A program made the translations under genes and the position numbers. Source: a virus. From it: a stretch of 64,000 nt of DNA. The notes below the pieces were generated by a model, which was not told where the DNA came from, made no database searches, and saw only the letters and a program-made list of their open reading frames with translations. Of the stretch, positions 47,260 to 55,653 are shown piece after piece. The first letter of the stretch is position 1. Each line of letters starts with the position of its first letter. The stretch lies in the IMG/VR virus record IMGVR_UViG_3300017989_000002; one strand, 5' to 3'.

Positions 47260-47991
47260 ATGTATGTACCCCACCAGCCGCACCCCGAGGGACGGCGCGA
47301 GCTGACGAACGCCATCAGGGAGTCCCTGGCGGACGACAGCGTAGACCTGCCCTACGGGAGCCAGCTCCCCCGCGTCGGGTTTCTTCCCCATGACGACGAG
47401 GGGATCCTGATGGACATCTTCTGCGAGATGACCGACGCCGGTCCGGTGTCGAACCTCATCGCCGAGCCGCTCATCAACGAGGCCCACAACATCTTGGAGG
47501 GCCTCGACGAGGGCATCTACACCGAGGCCGTAGCCAGGTCGATGCACCGGGAGTGGACTGCCAAGATCGAAGAGTGGCTGTGGGGCATGACCCCCGAGCA
47601 CAAGAAGTTCGACGCCCTCGTGGACCACTCCGTGTGTGAGTGGCTGTGGGACACGGTCTACTCGATGGACGGCGGAGGGGCCTGGATGTACATCCGGTCG
47701 AAGCGCTTCGACCACGTGGTGGCGGAGCTGCCCGTCGAGAAGACCATCGACGAGATCGCTGCCATCGTGGCCGTCCTCGAGCCCGACGCCTTCATCTGCG
47801 TCTGGGACTACGACGGCGTCTACATCTACTGCTCCCCCAACATCCAGAACTGCGGGGAGACGAAGAACCACACCGACTGCGTGGGCGGCGTCAACACCGA
47901 CGGACCCCACCCCACCTACGTCCTCCCGAAGGACATCCTCAAAGGCGCCCTCGAGATCGCCGATGCTGCGGGACTGCTCCATGACCGATGA
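47260..47991 (+). CDS. Hypothetical protein
   Basis: RBS, codon usage. Confidence 0.65.
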   Translation: MYVPHQPHPEGRRELTNAIRESLADDSVDLPYGSQLPRVGFLPHDDEGILMDIFCEMTDAGPVSNLIAEPLINEAHNILEGLDEGIYTEAVARSMHREWTAKIEEWLWGMTPEHKKFDALVDHSVCEWLWDTVYSMDGGGAWMYIRSKRFDHVVAELPVEKTIDEIAAIVAVLEPDAFICVWDYDGVYIYCSPNIQNCGETKNHTDCVGGVNTDGPHPTYVLPKDILKGALEIADAAGLLHDR

Positions 47992-48562
47992 ACCGCCCTA
48001 CGTAGCCGTCTACCCCTGCACCGAAGGCGTGCTGGACTGGGCGGCCCACACCCTCATCCCCATCGACCGCGCGACGTTCGATCACCACCAGAAGCTCAAG
48101 CCCATCTACGACGTCGCCCAGAAGTGGGAGATCGACGAGGTCAGCGGGGTGGCCCTCCGCTCCGCCCTCCGGGACTTCAACGCCGAGCACAAGATGGACT
48201 TGCGCCTGCAGGACCTCGGCTGCTTTCCGGTCGACCCGACCCACCTGTTCGTCGACGCCGGCGACTGGATCCTGTGGACGGACTCCCCCGAGGAGATCTT
48301 GGCGTCGGACTCCATGAACATCGAGCTCGCCGCCTACGGGGCGGAGGAGCGCGTGCGATGGGCCGCCCTCTACCTGCCGGAGACCTCGACGCTGACGGTC
48401 TACCGATCGAGCCGCCTGGACGGGAGGTCTCCTCTTCCTGACCACATCCGTGACCTCACCGACCTGCCGGCATGCACCGGCCGCGTCCGAGGTCCTCACC
48501 AAGCCTTCGTCCTGCCGCCCGGCATCGAAGGCCTCATCACCCAGGAGCGTGGACGTGGCTGA
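47981..48562 (+). CDS. Hypothetical protein
   Basis: Overlapping-start operon gene. Confidence 0.6.
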   Translation: MTDEPPYVAVYPCTEGVLDWAAHTLIPIDRATFDHHQKLKPIYDVAQKWEIDEVSGVALRSALRDFNAEHKMDLRLQDLGCFPVDPTHLFVDAGDWILWTDSPEEILASDSMNIELAAYGAEERVRWAALYLPETSTLTVYRSSRLDGRSPLPDHIRDLTDLPACTGRVRGPHQAFVLPPGIEGLITQERGRG

Positions 48563-48887
48563 CACCTACCTGCTCGAGTGGAAGAAGTTCACAGCGGAAC
48601 CCGTGTTCCACCCGGTGCGCGTCGTCAACGTGACGCCGGTGGACAACGACGGTCCGTGGGTCGAGTTCGAGTTCATCGGGGGGCCCATGCACGGGCAGCG
48701 CAGCGGGTCCCCCTTCGTTCACATCATCTCCGAGAAGGAGAAGGGGATCATCACCGCTGCCAGCGACGACATCTACCTCAAGTCCGAGCAGATCAAGCAG
48801 ATCCGCGCGGGCTGCCGCAAGTCCTACCAGGACATCAACACCAGCCTCGCCTCATTCGAGCGCGACCTCTCTCACCTCGTGGAGTGA
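48555..48887 (+). CDS. Hypothetical protein
   Basis: AGGAG RBS then GTG. Confidence 0.55.
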   Translation: MADTYLLEWKKFTAEPVFHPVRVVNVTPVDNDGPWVEFEFIGGPMHGQRSGSPFVHIISEKEKGIITAASDDIYLKSEQIKQIRAGCRKSYQDINTSLASFERDLSHLVE

Positions 48888-48889
48888 CC

Positions 48890-50041
48890 ATGACCGACCC
48901 GATGCCCCGTACGATGACCCACCACACCCCCGGCGTCAGCTACGAAGACCAGGCCCGTGAGGCCGCCAAGTACGCCGAGGACAAGATGCAGGCCCTCTTC
49001 GCCAAGGGCCGCGCCGACCTCCCCGGCTTCCTCGATGCGCTCGACCACGAGGCCGCCGGCCGCGAGGACAGCGTGCTCGCCGCCCGAGGCCTCCGCTTCG
49101 ACGTCGGGGAGAACGACGAGGTGCGCATGCACTTCGGCAACGACGACGTCGCCCGCGACTACGGGCTGCACGACCACGCGGTCGGGCAGCTGATGACCCG
49201 CGGAGCCATCAACGTCCCCAGCCGCTTCGGCCGCGACCTGGCCCAGGGTCCGCGCTGGCAGCGCGACCTCCTCGCCCACAACCTCAACGAGATCTACGAG
49301 CGCTCCGACGGCAAGGTGCTCGTCCGCGCCGTCCACGGCAAGGCCAAGGGCGTGCTCTCCGACCGCTACGCCATCATGGACACCCGTCCGCTGATGGCCG
49401 CCTTCGCCGAGGAGACGACGAAGCTGGGGGCCGTGCCGATCATGACGCACCGGATGGAGGTCCGGAACGCCATCAAGGTGATGCTCCCCCGCATCTTCTC
49501 GCCCGTCGGCTTCGAGCGCATCGCGCTGGGCCTCATGTTCCGCAACAGCGACTACGGCTCGGGCGCCCTCGACATCCGCGTGTTCGCCCTGCGCCTGTGG
49601 TGCACGAACTTCGCGACGATGGAGTCGGAGCTCCGCAAGGTCCACCTCGGCTCGCGCATGATCGAGGGCATCGCCCTGTCGCACGAGACGCACGGGAAGG
49701 TCCAGGACGCACTGATGTCGGCCATCCGCGACATCGTGTCCCAGACCCTCAACGAGGACGCCCTCGAGGCCATGATGGGCCGCATCACCGCCTCGCACGA
49801 GAAGGAGCTCGGCTCGACCGAGTCCGTGGTGAACCTGCTCCGGGGCCAGTTCGGCGTGAAGAAGGCCAAGGAGATCGCCGAGGTGTTCAACGGCGGCGAC
49901 GTGCCCGTCGAGGCCCTGCCGCCCGGGCGGACGCAGTACCGCCTGTCCCAGGCCGTGGGCTGGTGGGCGCAGAACCAGGAGAAGCAGGAGGACCGTCTCG
50001 ACGCCGAGATGGCCGCCGGCAAGCTCCTGGCGGTCGCGTGA
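48890..50041 (+). CDS. DUF932-family protein
   Basis: HAVGQL..VLSDRY..GL.FRNSDYGSGAL..RLWCTN..KVHLG. Confidence 0.75.
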   Translation: MTDPMPRTMTHHTPGVSYEDQAREAAKYAEDKMQALFAKGRADLPGFLDALDHEAAGREDSVLAARGLRFDVGENDEVRMHFGNDDVARDYGLHDHAVGQLMTRGAINVPSRFGRDLAQGPRWQRDLLAHNLNEIYERSDGKVLVRAVHGKAKGVLSDRYAIMDTRPLMAAFAEETTKLGAVPIMTHRMEVRNAIKVMLPRIFSPVGFERIALGLMFRNSDYGSGALDIRVFALRLWCTNFATMESELRKVHLGSRMIEGIALSHETHGKVQDALMSAIRDIVSQTLNEDALEAMMGRITASHEKELGSTESVVNLLRGQFGVKKAKEIAEVFNGGDVPVEALPPGRTQYRLSQAVGWWAQNQEKQEDRLDAEMAAGKLLAVA

Positions 50042-50319
50042 GCGCCGGCGAGACGGCCGAGAAGGTCCTCGACGAGCTGACTCAGCTCGTCGGGGGCGAC
50101 CGGGCCAAGGCCGCCCACATGCTCAACACGCGCCTGCGCGCCAACGTCAACCCGCTGGAGGTCATCGAGCTCAAGGCCAAGGTCGACGTCCTGCTGCAGT
50201 ACCTCGAGGACGGCTCCCGTGTGAAGAAGAAGGAGATCGCCACCCTCGCGGAGCGGCAGACCAGCCAGACGCTGTACGCCCACCTGAACGCCATCAAGAA
50301 GGACCTGGGAATCACATGA
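50038..50319 (+). CDS. Hypothetical protein
   Basis: GTGA coupling. Confidence 0.55.
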   Translation: MSAGETAEKVLDELTQLVGGDRAKAAHMLNTRLRANVNPLEVIELKAKVDVLLQYLEDGSRVKKKEIATLAERQTSQTLYAHLNAIKKDLGIT

Positions 50320-50606
50320 AGACCACCATCACGCTGAAGCTCGGGGACGCCGAGCACACCATCGAGGCCGCCAACTTCATGCTGCTCGTCGAGGATGAGG
50401 ACGGCAGCCTGACGACCTCGGGCATGGTCGGCGGCACCGAAGCCGTCGGCTGGGCCAAGGCCGACATGTTCCGCAAGTTCGCGACGACGCTGGCGGAGGA
50501 CCCGATCGTGGAGCTCAAGCTCCTCGGGCAGCAGATCCTCGGCGTCTACCAGGGCTGGAAGCGCGGCGTCCACGAGGCGTCGGACGCGAGACGGAAGAAG
50601 CGGTGA
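50316..50606 (+). CDS. Hypothetical protein
   Basis: ATGA coupling. Confidence 0.6.
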   Translation: MKTTITLKLGDAEHTIEAANFMLLVEDEDGSLTTSGMVGGTEAVGWAKADMFRKFATTLAEDPIVELKLLGQQILGVYQGWKRGVHEASDARRKKR

Positions 50607-50875
50607 CGACCTTCTACGTCTGGGGCGGATCGCTCCGCGGTGTCGAGGTCGAGGCCTCGGATGCTCGAGGGGCCTTCATCCAGGCCGTCGTGGACCAGGC
50701 GTTCTGCCTGGTCCACGGCACGGTCCGGGTGAGCATGTTCCAGGGCACGCCAGACCCCTCCGACACCTTCTACACCTTCGTCGACGAGGCCGACTTCGCC
50801 CGGCAGTTCCCGGAGCTCGCGAACCACCCGGACCTCGACCTGGTGGCCGAGCGGGTCATGGCGTCGAGAGACTGA
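50603..50875 (+). CDS. Hypothetical protein
   Basis: GTGA coupling. Confidence 0.55.
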   Translation: MTTFYVWGGSLRGVEVEASDARGAFIQAVVDQAFCLVHGTVRVSMFQGTPDPSDTFYTFVDEADFARQFPELANHPDLDLVAERVMASRD

Positions 50876-51365
50876 CTCCGAGGCCGACGCCGGTGCCGAC
50901 CAGGACCGCCGCAGCGATGCCGCCGACGACGATGTAGGCGACGTTCCGCTGCCGTCGGAAGCGGTCTCGGTCGGCCTCGGCGACCCGGAGGTCGACCGTG
51001 AGCGTGGCGGTCTGCTGCAGGAGAGAGTCCATCTGCACCGTGTCGGTGTCGAACTGCTCCTTCATCGTGGCCCAGGCCGTCGCCGAGGAGACCCCGCACT
51101 CGATGGCCGCGTCCCGGCACTCGGTGAGGGCCCGCTCCAGCTGGGGGACGGCGCGCGCGTTCGCGAGGGCGGTGCGGAGCGCGTCGTCCCGGATGAGCCA
51201 GTACCTGCGCTCGACCCGGAAGGTCCAGCGGTCGTCGCCGTCTACGACCTCGATGGCCTGCCCCTCGACCACAGGACCAACGACCTTGGCGTCGTCGACG
51301 ACCGGCTCATCGAGGGCCGTGTCTTGGGCGTGAGAGAGGGACAGGCAGAGCAGTAGGGCGAGCAT
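50856..51365 (-). CDS. Secreted coiled-coil protein with C-terminal TM (spanin-like)
   Basis: Signal-like MLALLLCLSLSHAQ, coiled coil, TM IVVGGIAAAVLVGTGVGLGV. Confidence 0.5.
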   Translation of the reverse strand: MLALLLCLSLSHAQDTALDEPVVDDAKVVGPVVEGQAIEVVDGDDRWTFRVERRYWLIRDDALRTALANARAVPQLERALTECRDAAIECGVSSATAWATMKEQFDTDTVQMDSLLQQTATLTVDLRVAEADRDRFRRQRNVAYIVVGGIAAAVLVGTGVGLGVSLSTP

Positions 51366-51721
51366 CACAGGAGCCTGTTCGCGTCGTCACGCACGGCGTC
51401 GTCACTGGCTTGGTCCATGCGGTCTTGCTCTCGTCCCACAGCACCCAAGCCACCGTCCGCGGCCCGCTTGCCCGCATCCGCGGCGTCCTGCGCGTCCTGC
51501 GCCTGCCGCTGGGCCTCGGCCAAGTTCTTCGCTCGACGGCGCACGCCCTCGAGCACTGCAGCCCCGCCGCCCGTCACGATCACCGCCTCACGAGGCGAAG
51601 CGAAGGCGGAGACGAGGAGGAACGTGCCCAGCAGCAGGATGATCGCCGCGAGAACGACGATGATCTTGGTCTGGGTCGACAGACCCGACCACCACTTCCC
51701 GAGCGCCTTGAGCACGGCCAT
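51365..51721 (-). CDS. Membrane-anchored coiled-coil protein (i-spanin-like)
   Basis: N-terminal TM then Ala/Gln/Asp coiled coil; follows the holin-like gene. Confidence 0.5.
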   Translation of the reverse strand: MAVLKALGKWWSGLSTQTKIIVVLAAIILLLGTFLLVSAFASPREAVIVTGGGAAVLEGVRRRAKNLAEAQRQAQDAQDAADAGKRAADGGLGAVGREQDRMDQASDDAVRDDANRLL

Positions 51722-51723
51722 GC

Positions 51724-52098
51724 CTACTCCATCAGGATGGCCGGGGTCTCCGGGTCATCCAGGTCTGGTTCCGCGTCGTCCCAGTCGATGAGGACGCCCT
51801 CGAGGGCCTCGACTGCCGAGGCAGCCAGACTGGATCCGGTTTCCAGCGGCGCCGAGGCGGCAGAGGCGAGGGACCCCGGCATCTTCGCGTACACGTCGAC
51901 AGCCGACTGCCCGAAGATGTGAGACACCTGCACGAAGCCCAGCGTCATGACCATCGCCGTCAGGGGCACGTAGTGCACCTGCATCATCGCTCCGAAGATG
52001 ATGAGCACGGGCCACGTCACCACGGCCAGGAGGAGGTTGAGGAACTTCCTGCTGGTGAGGGGAGACGGCTTCGTGACGGCGGCAACCTGAGACACCAC
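51724..52098 (-). CDS. Holin-like membrane protein
   Basis: SRKF + 2 TM helices + GQSAVD, a common small phage holin pattern; acidic tail. Confidence 0.6.
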   Translation of the reverse strand: MVSQVAAVTKPSPLTSRKFLNLLLAVVTWPVLIIFGAMMQVHYVPLTAMVMTLGFVQVSHIFGQSAVDVYAKMPGSLASAASAPLETGSSLAASAVEALEGVLIDWDDAEPDLDDPETPAILME

Positions 52099-52136
52099 TG
52101 ACCTCCTGCCCGGAGGCTAACGCACGGAGGCCTGCT

Positions 52137-52520
52137 ATGGCCAGACGAAGAAGCCCTGGCGGCACCGTGGGGATCCCCTACATGGTGTTCGCCTACGACG
52201 AAGAGGCCGGCCTCGCCTACGTCGGGAGGTCCCGCGCGCTGGGGGCCGACACCAAGGAACTGCAGCACCTCCAGCGCATCCACCAGCTCTCTCCCGGCGA
52301 CATGGTCTACCTGGACAAGTCCTGGTGGTACCTCGGGCCAGAAGGCTGGAGGCCTGCCGACCCTGGCGGCCTCGACGCTCCCGTCTACGGCGGCCGAGCC
52401 TGGGACCAGACGTTCGCCAGCGAGCTCCTGGCCGACGATGACATCTACGACCGAACCACCATCCCACGAGCTGACGCGGTGCGCCGCAAGCTCCCCGACC
52501 TGAAGAGGACCTCCGAATGA
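52137..52520 (+). CDS. Hypothetical protein
   Basis: GGAGG RBS. Confidence 0.6.
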   Translation: MARRRSPGGTVGIPYMVFAYDEEAGLAYVGRSRALGADTKELQHLQRIHQLSPGDMVYLDKSWWYLGPEGWRPADPGGLDAPVYGGRAWDQTFASELLADDDIYDRTTIPRADAVRRKLPDLKRTSE

Positions 52521-53734
52521 CCATGACCATCACGCTCTCGGCAGACCAGGAGGTCGCCCAGGAGACCATCCTGGACCTACTCCGCAACCCCGTCGGCTCC
52601 GACATCGTCCTCGTGGGCGCCGCCGGCTGCGGCAAGACCACCCTGATGCGCTCGACCATCCAGATCGTCGAGGAGGAGCTCGGGCGCGCATGCACCCTGC
52701 TCGCACCGACGGGGAAGGCCGCCTTCCGCCTGTCCGAGGTCACCGGGCGTGCGTGCTCGACTGTCCACAAGGCCCTCTACCCGCGGGTCTCCCGGGACAA
52801 GGCGACCGGCGAACTCCACTTCCACAGCCCCCAGGGCGTGTGCGGCCCGGGACAGCTCGCGGTCATCGACGAGGCCTCGATGGTGGGTCCCAAGCTCTAC
52901 AACGACATCCACCAGAGCCTGCCGGCGCGCGCGCAGGTCCTCTACGTCGGCGACAAGGAGCAGCTCATGCCCGTCGACCCCAAGGCCAAGCCGGGCTCCC
53001 CCACGTGGGGGCCGTCGATGGAGGAGCCCGACGCCGAGCTCACGAAGGTCCACCGCCAGCAGGACGGCAACCCCATCCTGGCCTACGCCACCGCCATCCG
53101 GGAGGGGTGGGGCAACGACTGGAGCCAGACCTACGAGCACGACAGCGACCAGCTGCAGGTCTACCGGGGGTACCAGTCGGCGATGAAGTGGACCCTCGAC
53201 CAGTACAAGGCTGGCCTGGACGCCACGGTCCTGACCTACACGAACCGCATGCGGCACAAGCTCAACCGCGACATCCGCCAAGGGCTCGGCCTGTACCGGG
53301 AGGGCCCGGTCGTGCCCGGCGACCGTCTGCTGGTTCGCGTCAACAACCACGACCTCCAGCTCATGAACGGCGAGGTCGTGACCGTCGAGGCGGTCGAGCA
53401 CGCCGTGTCCGACATCTGCGCCAACGCCGTGGTCGTCCACACCGAGCGAGGATCCTTCCTCCTCAACCTGGACTACTTCAACGGCAGCAAGAACCACTAC
53501 ATCGAGTGGAAGCAGAAGCGGGCGAAGCGAGACCCGGTGTGGGTTCACTGCGACCACGGGTTCGCTCTGACCATCCACGCCTCGCAGGGCTCGGAGTGGG
53601 AGCGGGTGTGCGTCGTCGTCGACGGGGCCGTGCTTCGCCGGACCCGAGAGAGCCCGGACGAGGGTCGTCGGATGATCTACACCGCCGTCACCAGAGCGCG
53701 GGACCAGCTCGCAATGGTGTGGGGCGTGTCGTAG
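52517..53734 (+). CDS. dda: Dda/RecD-like SF1B DNA helicase
   Basis: GAAGCGKTT, APTGKAA, DEASM, GDKEQL.PV, HRQ, ALTIHASQGSEW, YTAVTRA. Confidence 0.9.
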   Translation: MTMTITLSADQEVAQETILDLLRNPVGSDIVLVGAAGCGKTTLMRSTIQIVEEELGRACTLLAPTGKAAFRLSEVTGRACSTVHKALYPRVSRDKATGELHFHSPQGVCGPGQLAVIDEASMVGPKLYNDIHQSLPARAQVLYVGDKEQLMPVDPKAKPGSPTWGPSMEEPDAELTKVHRQQDGNPILAYATAIREGWGNDWSQTYEHDSDQLQVYRGYQSAMKWTLDQYKAGLDATVLTYTNRMRHKLNRDIRQGLGLYREGPVVPGDRLLVRVNNHDLQLMNGEVVTVEAVEHAVSDICANAVVVHTERGSFLLNLDYFNGSKNHYIEWKQKRAKRDPVWVHCDHGFALTIHASQGSEWERVCVVVDGAVLRRTRESPDEGRRMIYTAVTRARDQLAMVWGVS

Positions 53735-53798
53735 CCTACGTGTCCCGCAGGCTCTGCAGGGTATACACGTAGACGAAGACCCCTGGAGGCTGCTCCAC

Positions 53799-54491
53799 AT
53801 GGACACCCGACGCGTCGTCCTGCTCCCCGGACTCACCCACGCCTGCGCGTGGGGGTCCGTCGCCATCATGCTCGCCGGTGCCGTGCTCCTCGCCGCCCTG
53901 CCCGGAGGGACCCGCGCCATCAAGAAGAGCGTCGCGGGCTTCCATATCGAGGACACCGCAGAGCCTCTGTCCTCGGACGATCACGATGACCTGGCTGTGG
54001 ACCCCCAGGTCATCGTGGACAACTCCTACGTGGGCTACACCGTGTGGAGGCTGCACGGAGACAGCTTGTCCGACTGGCGGGTGGGGTTCAGCAATCCAGC
54101 AGCGGATGCCGTGATCGGGCACGCGGTCAGCGAGTGCGAGGGCTCTCCCGTGCTCGAGTGCTTTCCTGCCCTGAACAGCGAGGGCGGCGAGAAGTACGCA
54201 GATCTCGTGCGGTTCGCCCGAGACTCCGGGTCTCCGGTCTCGGTTGGCGTCACCGCGCTCAAGACCAAGGACGGCGCCCAGAGGTACTTCTACAGCACCA
54301 TCACGCCCGTGGACGATGGTCATGTGGTCCTGAACTACCACAACCTCTTCGACAACGCCTCGGAGGGCCTCCCCGCCGACTACATGATCGGCATGGAGAT
54401 GTCGGATCTCCAGGTGTTGCGTGCACAGCTCCGGTCCATGGAGACTGCCCTGGACCGGGTCTCGAAGGAGGTCGTGGAGCATGGCAGATGA
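53799..54491 (+). CDS. Membrane-anchored PAS-domain protein
   Basis: N-terminal TM; NPAADAVIG...CEGSPVLECFP..KDGAQRYF..TITPV PAS signature; C-terminal coiled coil. Confidence 0.65.
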   Translation: MDTRRVVLLPGLTHACAWGSVAIMLAGAVLLAALPGGTRAIKKSVAGFHIEDTAEPLSSDDHDDLAVDPQVIVDNSYVGYTVWRLHGDSLSDWRVGFSNPAADAVIGHAVSECEGSPVLECFPALNSEGGEKYADLVRFARDSGSPVSVGVTALKTKDGAQRYFYSTITPVDDGHVVLNYHNLFDNASEGLPADYMIGMEMSDLQVLRAQLRSMETALDRVSKEVVEHGR

Positions 54492-54762
54492 GAAGAAGCC
54501 AGACACGATCACCGTGCCCGCCTGGGTCCGTACCATCGTCATCGCGCTGTTCATCGCGTCGGTGCCGAGCCTGACGTTGTGGCAGGTGAACCTCGAGTAC
54601 CGCATGCGGTTGTCCGAGGAGAAGGATGACCAGGCCGAGCGTGATTCCGAGACGCTGCGGCGTATCGAGAACGACGTCGCCGTGGTGAAGACCCAGATGA
54701 AGTACGTCCACGCCACCCTCCTGCGACTGGAGGGGCGTGTCGAGACCTCTGCATCCCCGTAG
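54481..54762 (+). CDS. Single-TM coiled-coil protein
   Basis: TM IVIALFIASVPSL followed by heptad repeats. Confidence 0.6.
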   Translation: MADEKKPDTITVPAWVRTIVIALFIASVPSLTLWQVNLEYRMRLSEEKDDQAERDSETLRRIENDVAVVKTQMKYVHATLLRLEGRVETSASP

Positions 54763-54769
54763 GTCCCGG

Positions 54770-54779
54770 GTCGCATAAG
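54770..54779 (+). promoter_or_regulatory. GTCGCATAAG motif, copy 4
   Basis: 17 nt upstream of ATG 54797 with GGAGG RBS between. Confidence 0.7.
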
Positions 54780-54796
54780 GGCCTGGGAGGCCCTAC

Positions 54797-55165
54797 ATGT
54801 ACATGAACGTCCCGCACGAGATGCACGCTGCGGTGAATGTGGTGTGCGCCGACGGTACGATAGACCTCACCACGCCCTACGAGTACATCCGTGAGTGGCT
54901 GTGGCTCAACGAGACCCAGGACGCGATGATCGCTCGCATCGTCGCGTACGAGCTCGCTGACCGCCCGGACCTGTCCGACACCGTCCGTGAGCACATGGGC
55001 CGTGACCGCTACAGCGACCTCATGCACCAAGACCGCGAGCAGCTCCTCGAGACAGTGATGGACAACCTCATTGAGGTCGGCATCAGCAAGGAGCTGCGCA
55101 ACGGATTCTACACCGACCTTGCGGGCCAGTACGCCGTCTGGCTGCCCGCGCCCCTACCATACTGA
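54797..55165 (+). CDS. Hypothetical protein
   Basis: RBS and promoter-like motif. Confidence 0.6.
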   Translation: MYMNVPHEMHAAVNVVCADGTIDLTTPYEYIREWLWLNETQDAMIARIVAYELADRPDLSDTVREHMGRDRYSDLMHQDREQLLETVMDNLIEVGISKELRNGFYTDLAGQYAVWLPAPLPY

Positions 55166-55173
55166 GGTGACCT

Positions 55174-55653
55174 GTGTCCGATGACACACCCATCTCCCAG
55201 CACACGGCCGCCGAAGGGTGGCCGTTCGACGCTGGGACTCTCGTCTACTGGTTCGACGCCCATTCCCGCCGCCGCGAGGGCTACTACCTGCGGCTCAACC
55301 TCGACGACCTCGAGGAGTGCTGGGGCGACGAAGAAGCCCGCCACGAGTTCACGAGCCGCATGAGCGGCAGCGACAGCTCCTGCCTGGAGTGCGGAGCCGG
55401 CCTCGACGACGAGACCGGCGAGTGCGTGGCGGGCTGCATCCCGTTCGACGGGCACCCGCAGGAGGACAGCATCCGGTTCGAGACCGCGTACGGCATCCAC
55501 GCGCGCGTCATCGACCGGGGCCTGTTCGAGAAGCGGAAGGACCCCGACACCGGGCAGTTCCTTCCGGCCTGGCCTCCCGACCCCGACGACCCCGTCCTCG
55601 AGTTCCCTACCGAAGTTCCCCTCTCTCAGCTGACCGCCCTGGAGCCCTCATGA
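55174..55653 (+). CDS. Hypothetical protein with Cys insert
   Basis: GAGG RBS; CLEC..CVAGC. Confidence 0.55.
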   Translation: MSDDTPISQHTAAEGWPFDAGTLVYWFDAHSRRREGYYLRLNLDDLEECWGDEEARHEFTSRMSGSDSSCLECGAGLDDETGECVAGCIPFDGHPQEDSIRFETAYGIHARVIDRGLFEKRKDPDTGQFLPAWPPDPDDPVLEFPTEVPLSQLTALEPS

